Shown here piece by piece: positions 48,601-62,532 of a stretch of DNA of 64,000 nt. The notes below the pieces were generated by a model. That model saw only the letters and a program-made list of their open reading frames with translations. It was not told the origin of the DNA and ran no database searches. This stretch comes from Dimorphilus gyrociliatus. Its lineage: Eukaryota; Animalia; Annelida. The position numbers and the translations under genes are program-made. Positions within the stretch are counted from its first letter, which is position 1. Each line of letters opens with the position of its first letter. Where the stretch lies: contig CAJFCJ010000003.1 of assembly GCA_904063045.1 (NCBI GenBank), positions 620,001 to 684,000 on the forward strand, written 5' to 3'.

Positions 48601-50885
48601 TTCAAAAGAGGGAATCTACAGAATAATACAATAAACTAAAGGGATATATATTTGTATATATATACTGTATATATATATATACAGAGAGAAGGCAAAGAGG
48701 TGAAGGTAGGGGGGGGGGGTGATTTCAATGTCTACTTAAGAAAGGTCTTTGAGTACAGTCGCAGAAAGTTGAATGGCCTTATTTAATAAAATATACTTTA
48801 CATAAAAAAAAAACTATATTCAACAAGCACGTATCTATAACAATCAGATATGAAAAATTCATGCACACATATTATAACCCAAGCAGTAATTATTGTTCAA
48901 CGGTCAGCAATAAAAAATGTTAAGATAAGACGTCATATATAGATAAGAAATAGGTCATATTAAGAGAAAGGTAGTAATGCTGACTTTTAAATTAACCAAT
49001 GGCCTTTTAAGAAAGGGAAAAAATATTTTTGAAAAACTTTAACAAAGAATTGAATATAGAAGGTTTTCTGGAAAAGATTAGTCTTTAAGCGTCTATTGTT
49101 TCCTAACCTTCTCTTAAATTATAGTTGAATTAGATATTAAATCTATATTAAATGCCAACATTGAAAGCAGATTCCTTATTGGCTAAAATTGACAGATTAT
49201 ATTATAATTAGAAATAGGATACATTTAATTAAATGATATTTTAGACTTTTCTTTTTCCACTAAAGGTTGATATGATGACCCAAGGAGATTCCATCTACGA
49301 CATAATTGATAAGAGAGATCATTCTATCGTACAATCTCAATTAGCCAATGCACCCTTTAATCCTAACCCTTTAACCGGAATGGATGAACGCAACTTCTTT
49401 TGTAAAATGAATGTTTCGAGAACTCTAAGGAGACAGACTGGATTTGGTGATCACAAAGTGATGCACATTCAAGGTCATTTTATTCAAGCTCCGCAGCAAT
49501 CCGACTTGGCTAGACAACCAGTTTTCATGGCTGTGTGCAGTCCTTTGATAACACCCGATGTTAAGGAGAGTCTTATTCAAAATAATACAATGGTTTTTCA
49601 AACTGTGCATTGTTTGGATATGAAATACATGGAAATGGCATACAATGGTGAATTCCATTTAGGCTATACTGAGAATGAGATTCAAGGACTTTCCTGGTAC
49701 AAGCTTATTCATCCAGAAGATGTACAAGAAGCAAAGGAGAAGCACAGTCAATTGATCAAATCTAGCCACGAGATGGGTTGTATGCTTACTCTAAGAATGT
49801 TTGCCAAGGATGGAACATGGATTTGGGTGAATTTGGTTATGCACATAAGACAACCAACTGCTTGCAATAACGGAGAACCAGCAATCGTTTGCATAAATCA
49901 TGTGCTAAGAGAAGCCGATGCGGTACATTTTAAGCTACAAAGTCAAATGTATAGCTCCCATATTGCAAGATCACCTGAAGTTTTAACTCAGTCTGGCTCT
50001 AGCCCATCGCATAGTATCACTCCTATTCGAGTCGAGAAAGATAGCCTTCCTCCGTTTTCTGGTTTCGCTACACAGTTGGAGTCACCTTCATCGGTACAAA
50101 GTTCTACTCCACCATCAGCTTCACCGTCTTTTACACAGTTGTCCGACAAACCAACAATAAAGCAAGATATTCAGAACAGAATCAAAAGAAAGTTGGATAA
50201 TTCTAGCAATGCGAAGAAATGTGGAAGGCCTAAAAAAGCAAGACTGAATTCGAGCAGTTCGAGTGGATCTGGAACTTCAATCGAATCATTCAATCAGCCC
50301 ATTTCTGTACACGGCAGCGTTTGTTACGCTCCAGTCGAAGAAGCATCCGATGTACAATACATCAGTAACGTCTTACCTAACTGCTTTACACCCATCAATT
50401 TGAAAGCTGAATCACAAGTAGACTTGGGCGTTTACGATAAAATCGAAGATATAATCAATATGGATAGATTCGAAGATAATGAAGAGACGATAATGGATGA
50501 TACTAAAGCTAAGATGAAAGTTGAAATACCGTGGTCCCTTTTGACACCAGATTCTTCCCCAATTCGATCACCACCTATAGAAGATCTCGAGAATCGGACC
50601 AATTTATTGGCTGACGTAACAGAAGTTGTTAATCAAGATCAGGATTTTACGACTAGACCTCAAAATTCTGCTGATTTACCAACATTGGACGTATTGGCTC
50701 TAGAAGATTACTTGGATCAAGTTGAGAGTCCTGCAAAGGATGAGACGAAAGATGAAGCTGAGAATTTACTCTTCCAGCTAAATGATTCTCAATTATCACA
50801 TGTCGTTGCTATGGTAACAGACCTACTCGTCAATATAATGGCACCTCCCAGTGCCAATCAAGAGTCACCGAAAGTACATTGTTAA
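45661..50885 (+). CDS. NPAS4: bHLH-PAS transcription factor of the NPAS4/dysfusion family, 690 aa from the distal first exon
   Basis: Exons 45661-45806, 47353-47519, 47611-47660, 47856-47945 and 49266-50885 total 2073 nt. The b[29 protein letters not shown]...[17 protein letters not shown] is family-diagnostic. PAS-A contains PGFL...[22 protein letters not shown] contains [10 protein letters not shown], and the tail is S/P-rich. Confidence 0.9.
47133..47269 (+). promoter_or_regulatory. Putative proximal NPAS4 promoter and alternative first coding exon
   Basis: A full CRE TGACGTCA (47133-47140), CCAAT (47169-47173) and GTCATGTGAC (47190-47199) precede ATG 47247/47256...TTTAG|gtaatg (47269). 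This exon splices in phase 2 to 47353, giving M(LIM)[11 protein letters not shown]. Confidence 0.6.
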
Positions 50886-52497
50886 GCACAAAAATTATTC
50901 TTTTTCTACATATTTTGAGGCTGTCAGATGGTAAGAACTTTGGTGAGAAAATAAGGCTGGCCCAAAAATTTAAAAAGTTCTTACTGTCTCACAGTCAAGT
51001 TTATGCTGGACATAAATTCATTTTAATCGTAATCGTGTTGTAATCCTTGTCATTTTGTATGGTTTGTGTTTTACATTACTATTATCATATTTTTCTCGTA
51101 GTGATTGCTAACTGTGCTGGACATGGTTTATATTAATGTTGTAAAAGAGGCTGGACCTCTACTATCGTTACAAAAATATTTTTGCAACTGGTTTGCTTAG
51201 TTTTTAATACATTCGGGCATCGGTGTATTGTGATTATTAAATTTTCTAGTATTTTCTTAAACATTCATTATAAAAAAAATGAGACAAAAGCAAGTGTAAT
51301 TCACAAAGTATAAACAAACAAAAGAGTCAAAGAGTTCGAAGAATAACAAAGAAGAAAAAACAAACAATAACAAAGAAAAAACAGAGTCAATTAACACTTT
51401 TAATTCGATTAAAATCAATTTGTCAGAATTAGATACAATTAATCTATGTCACAGTTGATATTGTTTGAGGTATGTGTCTTTTTTTTTACTATAAAATTAT
51501 ACTTGATAAACAAAAACAATAAAAAATGACAACATATTCATACAAAATTTCTATATCGATGTGAATATATTCTGTGCATTTTACGATACTTTAAAACATT
51601 CAACAATGATGATATACAAAGTTCATACAGTACATTGAAATCTGTATAAAATAACAGGTGAAAAGTTCACCAGCAGAGAAACGCAAGACAGCGAGGAAGA
51701 GCTACATCCAACAAGAAAGCTTATTAATAAAAATGTAGAATGAAGAAGATATGGCGATGACAACAGTATAATCGTATTGTACACATATATAGATATAGCA
51801 TTGAATACAAAATGTTAAATGGGACTTTTTAATAAAACACATTTGAAACAAAGGTTGGCCGATTGTCTACAATTCAATTTTATATACATATATACTGTAT
51901 ATAGTAATATATAGCAAAAGAGAGTAACGACTTATCATTGATTGTTAAATATGAGGAAATATGAAAGATTTCTTTTTATATATTGAATAACAATTTCAAT
52001 TTAAGAGCCGTTTTTTTACCGAACTTTTATGCCTATAATAATTGTGTTCATATTTGTGAAGTAAATATATAAGTATAAGAATGCTAATATTCGTCTTAAA
52101 AGTATATATATATATAAATTTATATATTTTTAAAAAATGTCAATAGTTGTTCTAATTATGTACTTTAATTATGGATTAATTTGAGCTTTTTCAGTTTAGT
52201 AATTAGTATTTACTAAATAGAAAGGAAAATCTAAAACAGAACAAAATCTTCTTTAATATACGCATTCTGAGAAATGCTTAAAAAATAGAATTAAGAGAAT
52301 ACCAAAAAGGAAGAGAGGAAAAAGTGTCTTTATATAAATTTATATATATATATACATAGATATTGATGTATATATGAATATAAAAAACAATATATTTTGT
52401 TCTTATTTGTCACTTTGAAGCATCACAGAAATATTCTTTAACTAGATGATGCAATACTGACAATTTATAAGCACGAGATCATGTCAACCTATTCCGT

Positions 52498-54071
52498 CTA
52501 ATTTTTATTAGACAATGATTTTGAATTCCTACTTCGCAGGTTGTAGTGAACATTATTTTTGTTAGCATCAAAGTATATAGCGCCATTTTCTTTTCTGATA
52601 CCAGTTGATGTCTTTATATTGGGCATTTCGTCACTGAAATATACCATTAAACTAAAGCCTATAACTATGATTACGTTAACAAGAGCTACTGCAGTAAAAA
52701 CGTACACTACTGTAGAAAAGTAATCAAAATTTACGTGTATGTCATTGTTATGCAAAAGACTATCAACTTCTTGCCTAATTGCCGAATACTGTAAATATGC
52801 GCCTAAAGAGCTAAAGAGGTGAAAAAATTGATGACTATGACCGTAAACATCAAATTTTCCCGGGAAAAGTCTTTCCGGTAAGTGGGTGAGGTAGAATAGG
52901 GAAGCTGTAGCCGCACAGGTAAATTGTTTAATATAAGTTGAGAGAAGAGGGTGACTGCATTCTTCAGCTTCGCAATAAATAATTCTGGCAACGATAGGCG
53001 AACTATCGTAAACGTAAGGTATGGCAAAACTCATGACTCTTAATAACTGCAATGAAACGAATAAAGAAGGGAGAATTAGTAAGGAAAAAGTAATGCTAAA
53101 AACTTTATAAACTTTAAGATATCAATACTGTAGGAGGTAAAGCTAAAAATAATCAGTTTAATCCATAACTGTCTTTAATACAAAGCTGACAAAACTTTGT
53201 AAAAAGTACTTATATTAATATATTATGCTGAAAGGCGTTCCTTTATTCTTTGTCTAGTAAATCCTATAGTTAATTTATGGGAAGTGATAATTTTTAAGCC
53301 TATTTTTTTGAAAATTACCTTAGTTGTTAAACCGCTCTTCATAAATCTAGTTAAACAGATGAGCGTAACGCTTAAAACGGCATTTAAGCAGGCAAATGTC
53401 ACGAAGTGTTCGAAGAAGAATTGATGACGTAGAAAATGAGGAAAGGTATAAGCTCTAATTAAAAAAGAACAAAAGAGTTATTGACATTCAATAAGTACTA
53501 ATGTTCAAAAAATAAAACAATAGTTGAATCATACTTGTAAGCTATGGCCGCTCCCAGGCTATAAATTGAAAGAGCCCAGTAATCGACGAAGAAACAAATA
53601 TTTCGGGCTTTTTCATTTAACGTGTTAAATAAATGAGCTGTTGCTGATGCTAAAGGAAAGCAGCAAAGGGAGATCTGTAATTAAAGAACAACTGTTAATA
53701 GACTAGTAAAACTATGACGAAGTGACTTACTAAATATACTAAAAATGGCCAAGATTCTTCTCTTGATGAGTACAGCAGGAAACAATCAATGGAGCAATAG
53801 ATAAAGTAAAGTCCACACAAAAAATGCGACCATACATTTATAGTTTCGTTGTTGGCTTGAAAAACACTTTTAAAGCACTAAAAAACACCAAAAGAAGAAA
53901 CGTTAAAATTTTACTCTTCAATTCAAATCTAATAGTTAAATTTACTTCGAAAGCAGAGGATTTTGGATTACGATAACCGGTTAATATACCAATTTCGTGA
54001 AAGGATTGAGGTACTTGATGTTTGTAGAAAAGTAACGACGATGATTCTGATTTGTTGTATTTGTTTTTCAT
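52498..54071 (-). CDS. PAQR family membrane progestin receptor-like protein (PAQR5/6 type), 365 aa
   Basis: Exons 54071-53946, 53877-53731, 53674-53535, 53454-53319 and 53046-52498 total 1098 nt. Motifs include [24 protein letters not shown]...ICFFVDY and [20 protein letters not shown]. Confidence 0.9.
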
Positions 54072-56673
54072 AGTTTTTTCTTTATTTTATCTTTAAAAAA
54101 CAAAAAAGAACCAAATATTAACAGAAATAGAAAATATAAGTTCAATCAAGGTTATTTAGAGGATTAAAGTATAATTTATACCGAATTTTGTGTCTATATT
54201 TTGTTCTTTCGTTTTGTAAACATATTTTAATAAATAAAACTACCCATCTAATTATAATCTACTTTTATGAAGAGAGATTTAGTACGTTAAAAATCGATTT
54301 GGGCACATTGACCTAATTACCGCTTGATTTCTGCTATAGATATATACTATATATTACCACATGTTCGGTATTGATAGCATATCTGATTTAGTAACACTTA
54401 CCTATTGCTTTAAGACAAAAATTCCTAATAAAATTACTAAAAAGCTAAGGGAAGCAAATGCAGACACATGTAGTAAAAATCTTAAGTTTATGCCATATAA
54501 ATGTTTATTGTGCGTTGCTGAGTGATGAATTGGATGAGCGATAATACATCATTTTTAGGCATTATTATTAAAAGTAGTCTTTATAAAACTTTTAACTTAC
54601 CGATCATATTAAAAGCCGATTTAAAAATTATTTAATGTCCATAAATTTTAACGAAAGCATAAAGCTATTGAAATGGAATGGTAAATATCGATTAGAAGTT
54701 ATCTCACATGCTACACCGGAAATAAGAGCAGAATATTAATTAACATAATACATACTGAGGAACACTAGAACATTCTCCTCCATATCAAGGTTATGCAAAT
54801 ATTCGAAAAGACGTTAAAACGAAAATAGCAGATATAGAATAAAGTGTTTTCAATCAATTAGTTTTCTTTTTTAGAGAAATAGAATAGATGCTAATAGATA
54901 TTATATTTCTAATTAATTAAGTATGAAATAGAGAGGGGAATGAAAGAATAGAATACTAATATACAATTTTATGTTTAAATTCATATTTCTCATATTATAA
55001 TTAGTATATAAATTATATATATCTATATATTAGTATATATATATATATATTAATTTCTAATTACTTCCCGCATATTACAAGATGACAGATTTTTATATAC
55101 ACTGTATAAAAGAATTAAAAAACTTACTTAACCCTCCTTTTTAATACTTTTAAATATTAATAATAACATAGATAATAGACTTTTTAAAACTATACTCTTC
55201 TAATGAAGTTAAAATAACGTAATTTTTTTGTCGTACTATCATGTAGATACTTGCTTTCTCCTTCAGGTCGTATCATTCACCTCGTATATACTGTATTTAG
55301 ATAAGATACAATTCAAACATATTTAGAATGTATAGGCTTGTAGTACATATATAGGCGTAAAAATGATAGATTCTATTGTTTTTGGCCTGTAAATTCCTAT
55401 AGAATTTTATTTCTGCTATGTGCATTAGAGCATATTCTATAAAGATTTTCAATATCATATTAGGCTTATATTAGTATATATTAATATATATATATAGTTT
55501 ATATATATGATATATGTCAATGAAAAACATAAGAAGCCTTTTTTCTTCTAATTTTACTGTATGGTTTAAGAACACTTTCTTTTTCTATTGTTACTGTGGA
55601 ACAGATATTCTTACATTACTCAATCTGAAATAATTGCCAACAAACCATGTCCATAATACTTTTATTGTAATACTATCAGCTGGCTTACCGTAGGATGAAA
55701 GAATACTCGAACAGAAGAAGGACAGAGCGAGAGAGAGGGAGACAAACCGACAGAGAGGAAGAGGTACACAGATAGATAGATAGACAGACAAACATATAGG
55801 GAAAACTACTGCGACTCTTTGCGGTTAATGAGAAAACTGTAGCTGTCGTTCGAGCAATCTGCCACTTAAATGTAAATCCTACAAGTAAAACCGTACAGAA
55901 TAATAAATAGGTCAATATTTTGCCAACAAACCTAAATCAAATAACTAATACAAAGATTATAGATATAAAATAAAAAAAACCTATATAATAACCTAATCCA
56001 AGTGATAAAGGCAAACAATTTTAAAACAATTGCTTATTCTTCAATGCATACTGAAATTAAAAAAGAAAAATGATACCCTTTTTACTATATAAGAAAGTAT
56101 AAAAAGCTTTCAAAGAAATGAATAATTAAATTAGTTAATAATAATAACAATTTATGAAATATTTAAATTAAAAATATTTGATTTCTTTCTTTCTTTACTA
56201 AAGATTATAAACAATGAATTCTGAAATACTTGTTCAATGAATAATAACACCCTATGTATTTTCTATAAATGTATCATTAATAGATAAAGAATATCTTTTG
56301 ATAATCAAGTGAAAATATGTCAACGGTAAGAAACGGTAAGATAAAAAAATATTATAATATTTTAATAAACTATAGAGTATATTGAAACGATGGGAATATA
56401 GTAAGGTTTACTCTCAATTCATCAAAATATCTGACTCATCAATATAAACGATTCACGATGTTGTTTTTTTTGCCGAAATGCAAAACTTGGACGAATTTCC
56501 TTACTATTCCTGTAATAAACAGTAATGAGTGTCTTGAAATTGAATTTACTCATTTAAATATTTTATCTTCTATTTCTTCACGTATAGAGTAATATCATGT
56601 TAAGAATAAAATTATTTAACATGTTTGTCACGTAAACTATTTCTTTTTACTTTATTTTCTATTGTTTATGTAA

Positions 56674-56704
<31 letters not shown>

Positions 56705-57596
56705 AGAGAAATTTGGAGAGGGATGGAGAGAGAAGGAAGTAGAAAGACTGTTATTAACATAACCTTAATCTTTATTTGCATAAATTCTATTAATGCTGTA
56801 ATAGAAAAGTCTTACACTTCAAACATTTCATTTACTTAAGCAGGAATTTCTTTAATAATTTCTTATTCATAAATTTCGGATGTTAGTGTGCTTATTCTTG
56901 AATGTCAGTAATTGTGCTCCAAGTACGATTCACTTAATAATAATAGGTTATTAATGCGTTAAATATGACTAACTACCCCTGAATGTAGGATGATATAGAT
57001 GGCAATATTGGTAAGGTTTAATACTACTACTACTGCCACCTACATTCATTCAACAATGAAACTGAGAGAAAAAGGAGAATATCTATAAGGCAGAGAGAAA
57101 AATTAAACTAAGAATACGAGAATCGGAAACATCTTTTTAAACGATGAAAAGAAAGCGCTATTTTCGAAAGAATGGAATAAGCTCAACGTTATTATATAGA
57201 TGTATTCATCTGAAGGGAGAAAAGAAAAGAACAATTGTTAAAGCAAAATTGTGAAAACTAGTTTTTAACAATGGCCTTTCAAAGTTCAACATATGGGGTT
57301 AAGATCATTTGTAAATTTCATCAATAATCTCACTTTTTCTTAGCCTTTATCTTTGTTTTTTTCAGAATATATTTACGTCTAAATAATCCAATTAATTTTC
57401 CCCTTTCTCTCTTCTTTACTTCGATAAGATTTATTTGAATAACGTTATTTATTTTCTGCATCTTTGCTTAGCCTTTTGGGTTGCCTTTTAATAAGGAAAA
57501 AGGGAAGACCACATCCTTATAGAATGCTGACCTAACGAACTTTTCTCTCATTGATTCCACAACCGATTTTTTATAGATGGATTATATCTTTCTTTT

Positions 57597-59708
57597 CTAG
57601 GCAGCACTTCCCTTCTTAGACTTATACCATTCTTCTATTTCATCTATGGTTTGGGGCAAGGGACGTCTTTCCGTTTCTGGTAGTAAAATGATGGCAAAGG
57701 CAGCGATAAAAGCCAAGATACCATAGCAAATTGGTGGGATATAATTAAGATATTTGTTGGCAGCCTGACAAAGAATCAGAATAAGTATACATTAGAAAAA
57801 TTTAACGTAATTTCTAGGATAAAAAACGAACGTAATGAGCACATATTGGTGCAGCCATAGCTCCGATTCCTCCAAATGTATTAGCAACTCCTAATCCCGA
57901 TGACCTTTCAAAATCCAAGGTTGTTAAGTAATTTATATAAGTAATAGGCGTACCTGAGAGTAGTTGGGAACAGCTCTTTCGTAAATATTACAGTAATGCT
58001 AAAAGCTGAACTTATCGAGAATTTTCCTAATTGAAAAAATGCTAAAACCAGCTTAGATTTTAAGTTTTCATTATTTAACACTTTGGGTAAGACAGAGACA
58101 ATAATTACGGTGGATCCTGTTAAGATGAGAAAACCAAAAACTGGCATTCGTCTGCCAAATCTGTTATAGATAAAGATGCGGAGTGTTATGTTTGCTTACA
58201 TAATATACCTCTGTTTTCTTTTATACTGTATATAGAGATTTTTAATTACTTTGTAGCAAAAAGAGCAGCAATTGCGTAAGCTGGAATTTCTACAAGAACA
58301 CTTAATGAGAAGTTAAAGAACCTATCGCCTGCCAATGCTGGTGTGCTAAGCGTTAGACCATAATATATGCAATTGTTGACGAACCATAAAAGTGCTGTTA
58401 TAATCATATGTTTTATCAAGCATTTGTGTTTGAAAAGGTCAATAAAATTATATTTCGTTTTTCTTCTATTCTCTTTCATTCTATTGTCCTTACTTTCTTG
58501 CCTTTCCTTTTCATTCTCCTCGTCTTCTCGTTTTGTATCTAGTTCAAGGAGATATTCACTGTTCTTTTCAACGTACTTTGTACATTGAATATATTTTACA
58601 CCGTTCAATTTGGCTATGTTTTTTAAAACCTCCTCTGTTTCTTTCTCCCGTTTTTGAGCTGCCAACCAAATGGGAGATTCTGGTAGAAACCAGACAAGAA
58701 CAATCCATAAAGCAGAAGTTGTTGATGTAAATAGGGATAAATGACGCCAATTTTTTATAAGATAGGCACTTGTAACTAATAAAAGCATGGAAAAAATAGC
58801 TCCAAACTGGCACATGGTTCCAACGAATCCCCTCTTGGTCGAATCAAAAAATTCAATAAGTAAATTAGAGCTTGAAATGATAACAATCTGAAAAAGAAGT
58901 GAAATATAAAAGTTTAAAAAAGACTTTGGGGAGGGAATTAGCAGAATATTTAATTAATTATTTAAATTCTTACAGTAAGAATTAATCCTAGAAAAAATCT
59001 AAATGCAGTAAAAGCGTAGAAATTAAACGAGAAACTCGTCAGAATTCCTACTAGGACAGCAATACTTTGACTATATAAAAACATTCTCTTCCTCCCAAAT
59101 TTATCAATCATTACACTCCCAATAATTTCGCTGCACAGGTAACCAAAAACCAAAACCATTTGACTTATTTCTACCATCATACTCTTGGAACAAACTAAAT
59201 TCCACTGTTAACATTGTGAGAGAGAGAGAGAGAGAACGGATGAATATGATGATAAATAAATATAAACATGATGAAATAAAACGAAAATATGAAGTTCATC
59301 GATTTACCTCCATTGCTATTGTCGTATATCCACTTGATTTATAATCATAGCCGTAAATGCATTCTTCTGTCCAATTTTGACTTCCATTATATCGAAATGA
59401 GCACGAAGATATTTCGTCCTTGCCCATTACTATAGATGAGATATTTTTGCTTGGCATTTTACATACAAATGGAGGTTCCCATCCTATAGTAGAACATCAA
59501 TTGCCTTATATATTACTAATATACAGTATAGATATTGTATTATATAAACAATAATTTATAGTAAATTTGAATTAAAACCTATGAAGATAATAAGTAATTC
59601 CTGTCTGGTGAGTAGATCAAAACTTGAAATGCTTAGAATAATAAACATATAGAGGCTATAACGTTTAAATCCTCCAACTTGTCTTAAAACATAATCTATA
59701 TTTATCAT
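57597..59708 (-). CDS. SLC22 organic cation/anion transporter (MFS), copy B, 540 aa
   Basis: Exons 59708-59579, 59483-59308, 59204-58974, 58887-58250, 58160-57954, 57904-57832 and 57764-57597 total 1623 nt. Motifs include WNLVC, DKFGRK, PESPIWL, ELFPTTLRSSGLG and LPETERRPLPQTI. Confidence 0.92.
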
Positions 59709-60558
59709 GATATGAAATCGTTCAATATCACTGGTAGAGAATTTTTGAATGACACAAAACAGGCGAAATGTTTTAGAAAGGATAAAAGATCGATATATAA
59801 CTCTTTCAATTTCGTTCCCCTTTCACTCCAAAATCGGTTTTTTTTATATAAAGTAGATGATGCCTAGTTTCTCTTCTGGAAACTAAAATACATAAAATTA
59901 ACTATGAAGAAATTGGCTATTAGAAGATTTAAACTTTTTTATTACCTTTTAAAAGATGAATGACCGAATCATAGACGCTTATAGATATATGTTCACATAT
60001 AAAAAAAGCATAGTATAGTATCTCTTTTCCTATTCCTATTTCTCTTCTCCTTCTCTCCGTCTCTCTATCTCTCTCTTTTTTTTGTTCTGAATAAATTTTG
60101 TCACGTTTTTATTAATACTAATATCGACTTGTCGTTAAATGGCAATTCCCTCTATATCTTGCTGTTTTTTGGTCATTATCGATTACTAGTTTGGCAAATG
60201 CTTCTTTTTATTTCTTTCCTAATTTCTCTTCCATTCCGCTTCTCATCTCTTTTGTATAATAATTCACGATTATTTATCTTAATTAAAGTATTGATTAGCT
60301 TATAATTAATCAAATTTTTACAATATATTCAATAAATTTATTGCTCCTATAGAGTATTGTGCAAATTTAAAACAAAAATATGGTTAATTATAATGGAATT
60401 CTTATTGATTTTAGTATAATTTAATAATTAGAGCGTCAACAGACAGTTTCCATGATATTGTATACGAGTACATAGTAATCGCTTTTACTGTAAAATAAAA
60501 CCTATTCATGCATATTCAAAACAAACCAATTGTTATGTTTATACTAATTTTTCAACTT

Positions 60559-62532
60559 TTAGGCCATCATTTTTGTCTTCTCTTCCATAGGATTTATATC
60601 CAATTTATAATCTTCTCTCTTTGATCTCATGCAGAATTTCGTTAACTGTGTTCTAGGTATAAAACATAACTTTTGCCCTTTTCCAAAGTTTTCAGCATCC
60701 TGTCGATTTTCTGGCAGTTTTTTTCCGTGAGTTTCAGGTAGAGTCATTATCAATAAACCGCTTGTCATTGATATAAAGCCAAAGCTCAAAGGAACGATAT
60801 AATGATTCACGTTGTCCTATGAAAAAAAAATACTAAATTAAATTTTCTTAATTAAATAATTAGTTAATTAATTGTGATTAAACAAGTAACAAACTAGATT
60901 CTGGGCAAATGGGGCAAGTATGGAACCCACTCTTGCCATTGTTGAACAAATTCCTAATCCGTAGGTTCTCATTGTTGTGGGGGTAAGTTCTGGTGTAACA
61001 ACGTAAAGTAAACCAAAGCTCATTGTTATACAAAACTTTCCAAACAAGGATAAAGCTGATGAACTAGTACCGGAAACAAATGATGCAAGAATACAACCCA
61101 AACCTCCAAAGACCATAACACTAGAAATTGGTAGTCTTTTTCCTAAGTAATACATGACGAAAATATTTAGGGCGTAAGCTGGGAATTCGACGGCTCCCGA
61201 TATAATGAAGTTGACATATTTATCGCCGGCAAGTGATCCAGTATTCAACGACAAGCCGTAATAAACTAAGGCATTAACCGCCCAACATAATCCAAGATTG
61301 AGATATCTGCAAAGAAGAATTCTACTTCTTAGTAAGTCACTAAAGGTCTCTTGTTTGACATCAGATTTAGTTTCTACAACATCCAAATAAATATCGTACT
61401 CCTTATCTTCATGTCCATTTAACCTTTTAATCTTGTTAAAAATTTTCATCGCCTCTTCCTTCCTCCCTTGAACAAGTAGCCACCTTGGACATTCGTCCAC
61501 AACAAAGATAGTTATTAACAGATAAACAAAAACAATTCCTGGGATTGTAAGATAAAAACTCCTAAAGTGTCTATAATATATAGCTACGACTCCCAAAAGA
61601 ACATAGAAAATAGACCATCCTAGGTTTATAATTTGCGATGGTAGTAACCTGGCACTTTTCCCAACTATTTCAGTAGCTGTGTGATTACGTAATGTTATTT
61701 TAAAGCTTGTGTCGTGTGTGTACAGTATATAGATATTACAAATAAAATAAACAATGTAGAATAAGATAACATACCATGAACAGTATGAGTGTTAACTACG
61801 CCAAGTGCGATTCCTCCAAGTACCATTTTTACAAAAACATAAAAGTAGAAATTAAAATTAAAAGCAGCCCCAAAAAAAGAAATAAATTCAACGATAAAAG
61901 CCATGATTATCACTTTTCTCCTGCCGAACTTATCGGCTAAGTGCCCTATTATCATATTGCCCAACATTTGGCCAATCGTCATAAATGAAATGATTGAACT
62001 CTTTAGCCAGGCCCTTTCACAAACAAGATCATACTGCAGAGCAAAGTCCAGAAATAAGAAAAAAATTAATGAAATCAATATAAACATTTAGAAATATGAA
62101 GCGAATATTTTTGCTTATATTTAGAAAGAATACAATATCAAAAGAGATAGAGAGAAGAGCAAAATGATGATGATAAAATCAAACCTTAGTTGCTACTGTC
62201 TCGTCGAAATCCTCCTTGCTGTAAGTCCAACTGTCACAGGTCAATATTTTACTTGTTGCATTCCTATAATGTGCTACCACTCTACATTGCTCCCTCGTAA
62301 CATTGACGACATCCTCATCCAAAGTTCCGTTGTAATTGCAAACATGTTCTGGGGTATAAGCAGTCCAAACAATACTCATCATATTAAATAAGGCTGATAA
62401 TTCACAGAACATAATATACACTTGAAAGCATTTCTGATAAAACCCATATTCTCCTGTTAACTCGAAGAAACGATCTACCGTCACTTTTTCAAAAGTATTC
62501 GATTTAAGATTCCCGTTTTCAGGTTCTTTCAT
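60559..62532 (-). CDS. SLC22 organic cation/anion transporter (MFS), copy A, 548 aa
   Basis: Exons 62532-62185, 62033-61775, 61676-60895 and 60816-60559 total 1647 nt. Motifs include YDLVC, LADKFGRRK, ECPRWLL, ELTPTTMRTYGLG and LPETHGKKLPE. Confidence 0.93.

Noticed and set aside
56320-57020. Series of plus-strand micro-exon-like segments with gtaag donors
   Set aside because: The phases could not be joined without stops and there is no recognisable product.
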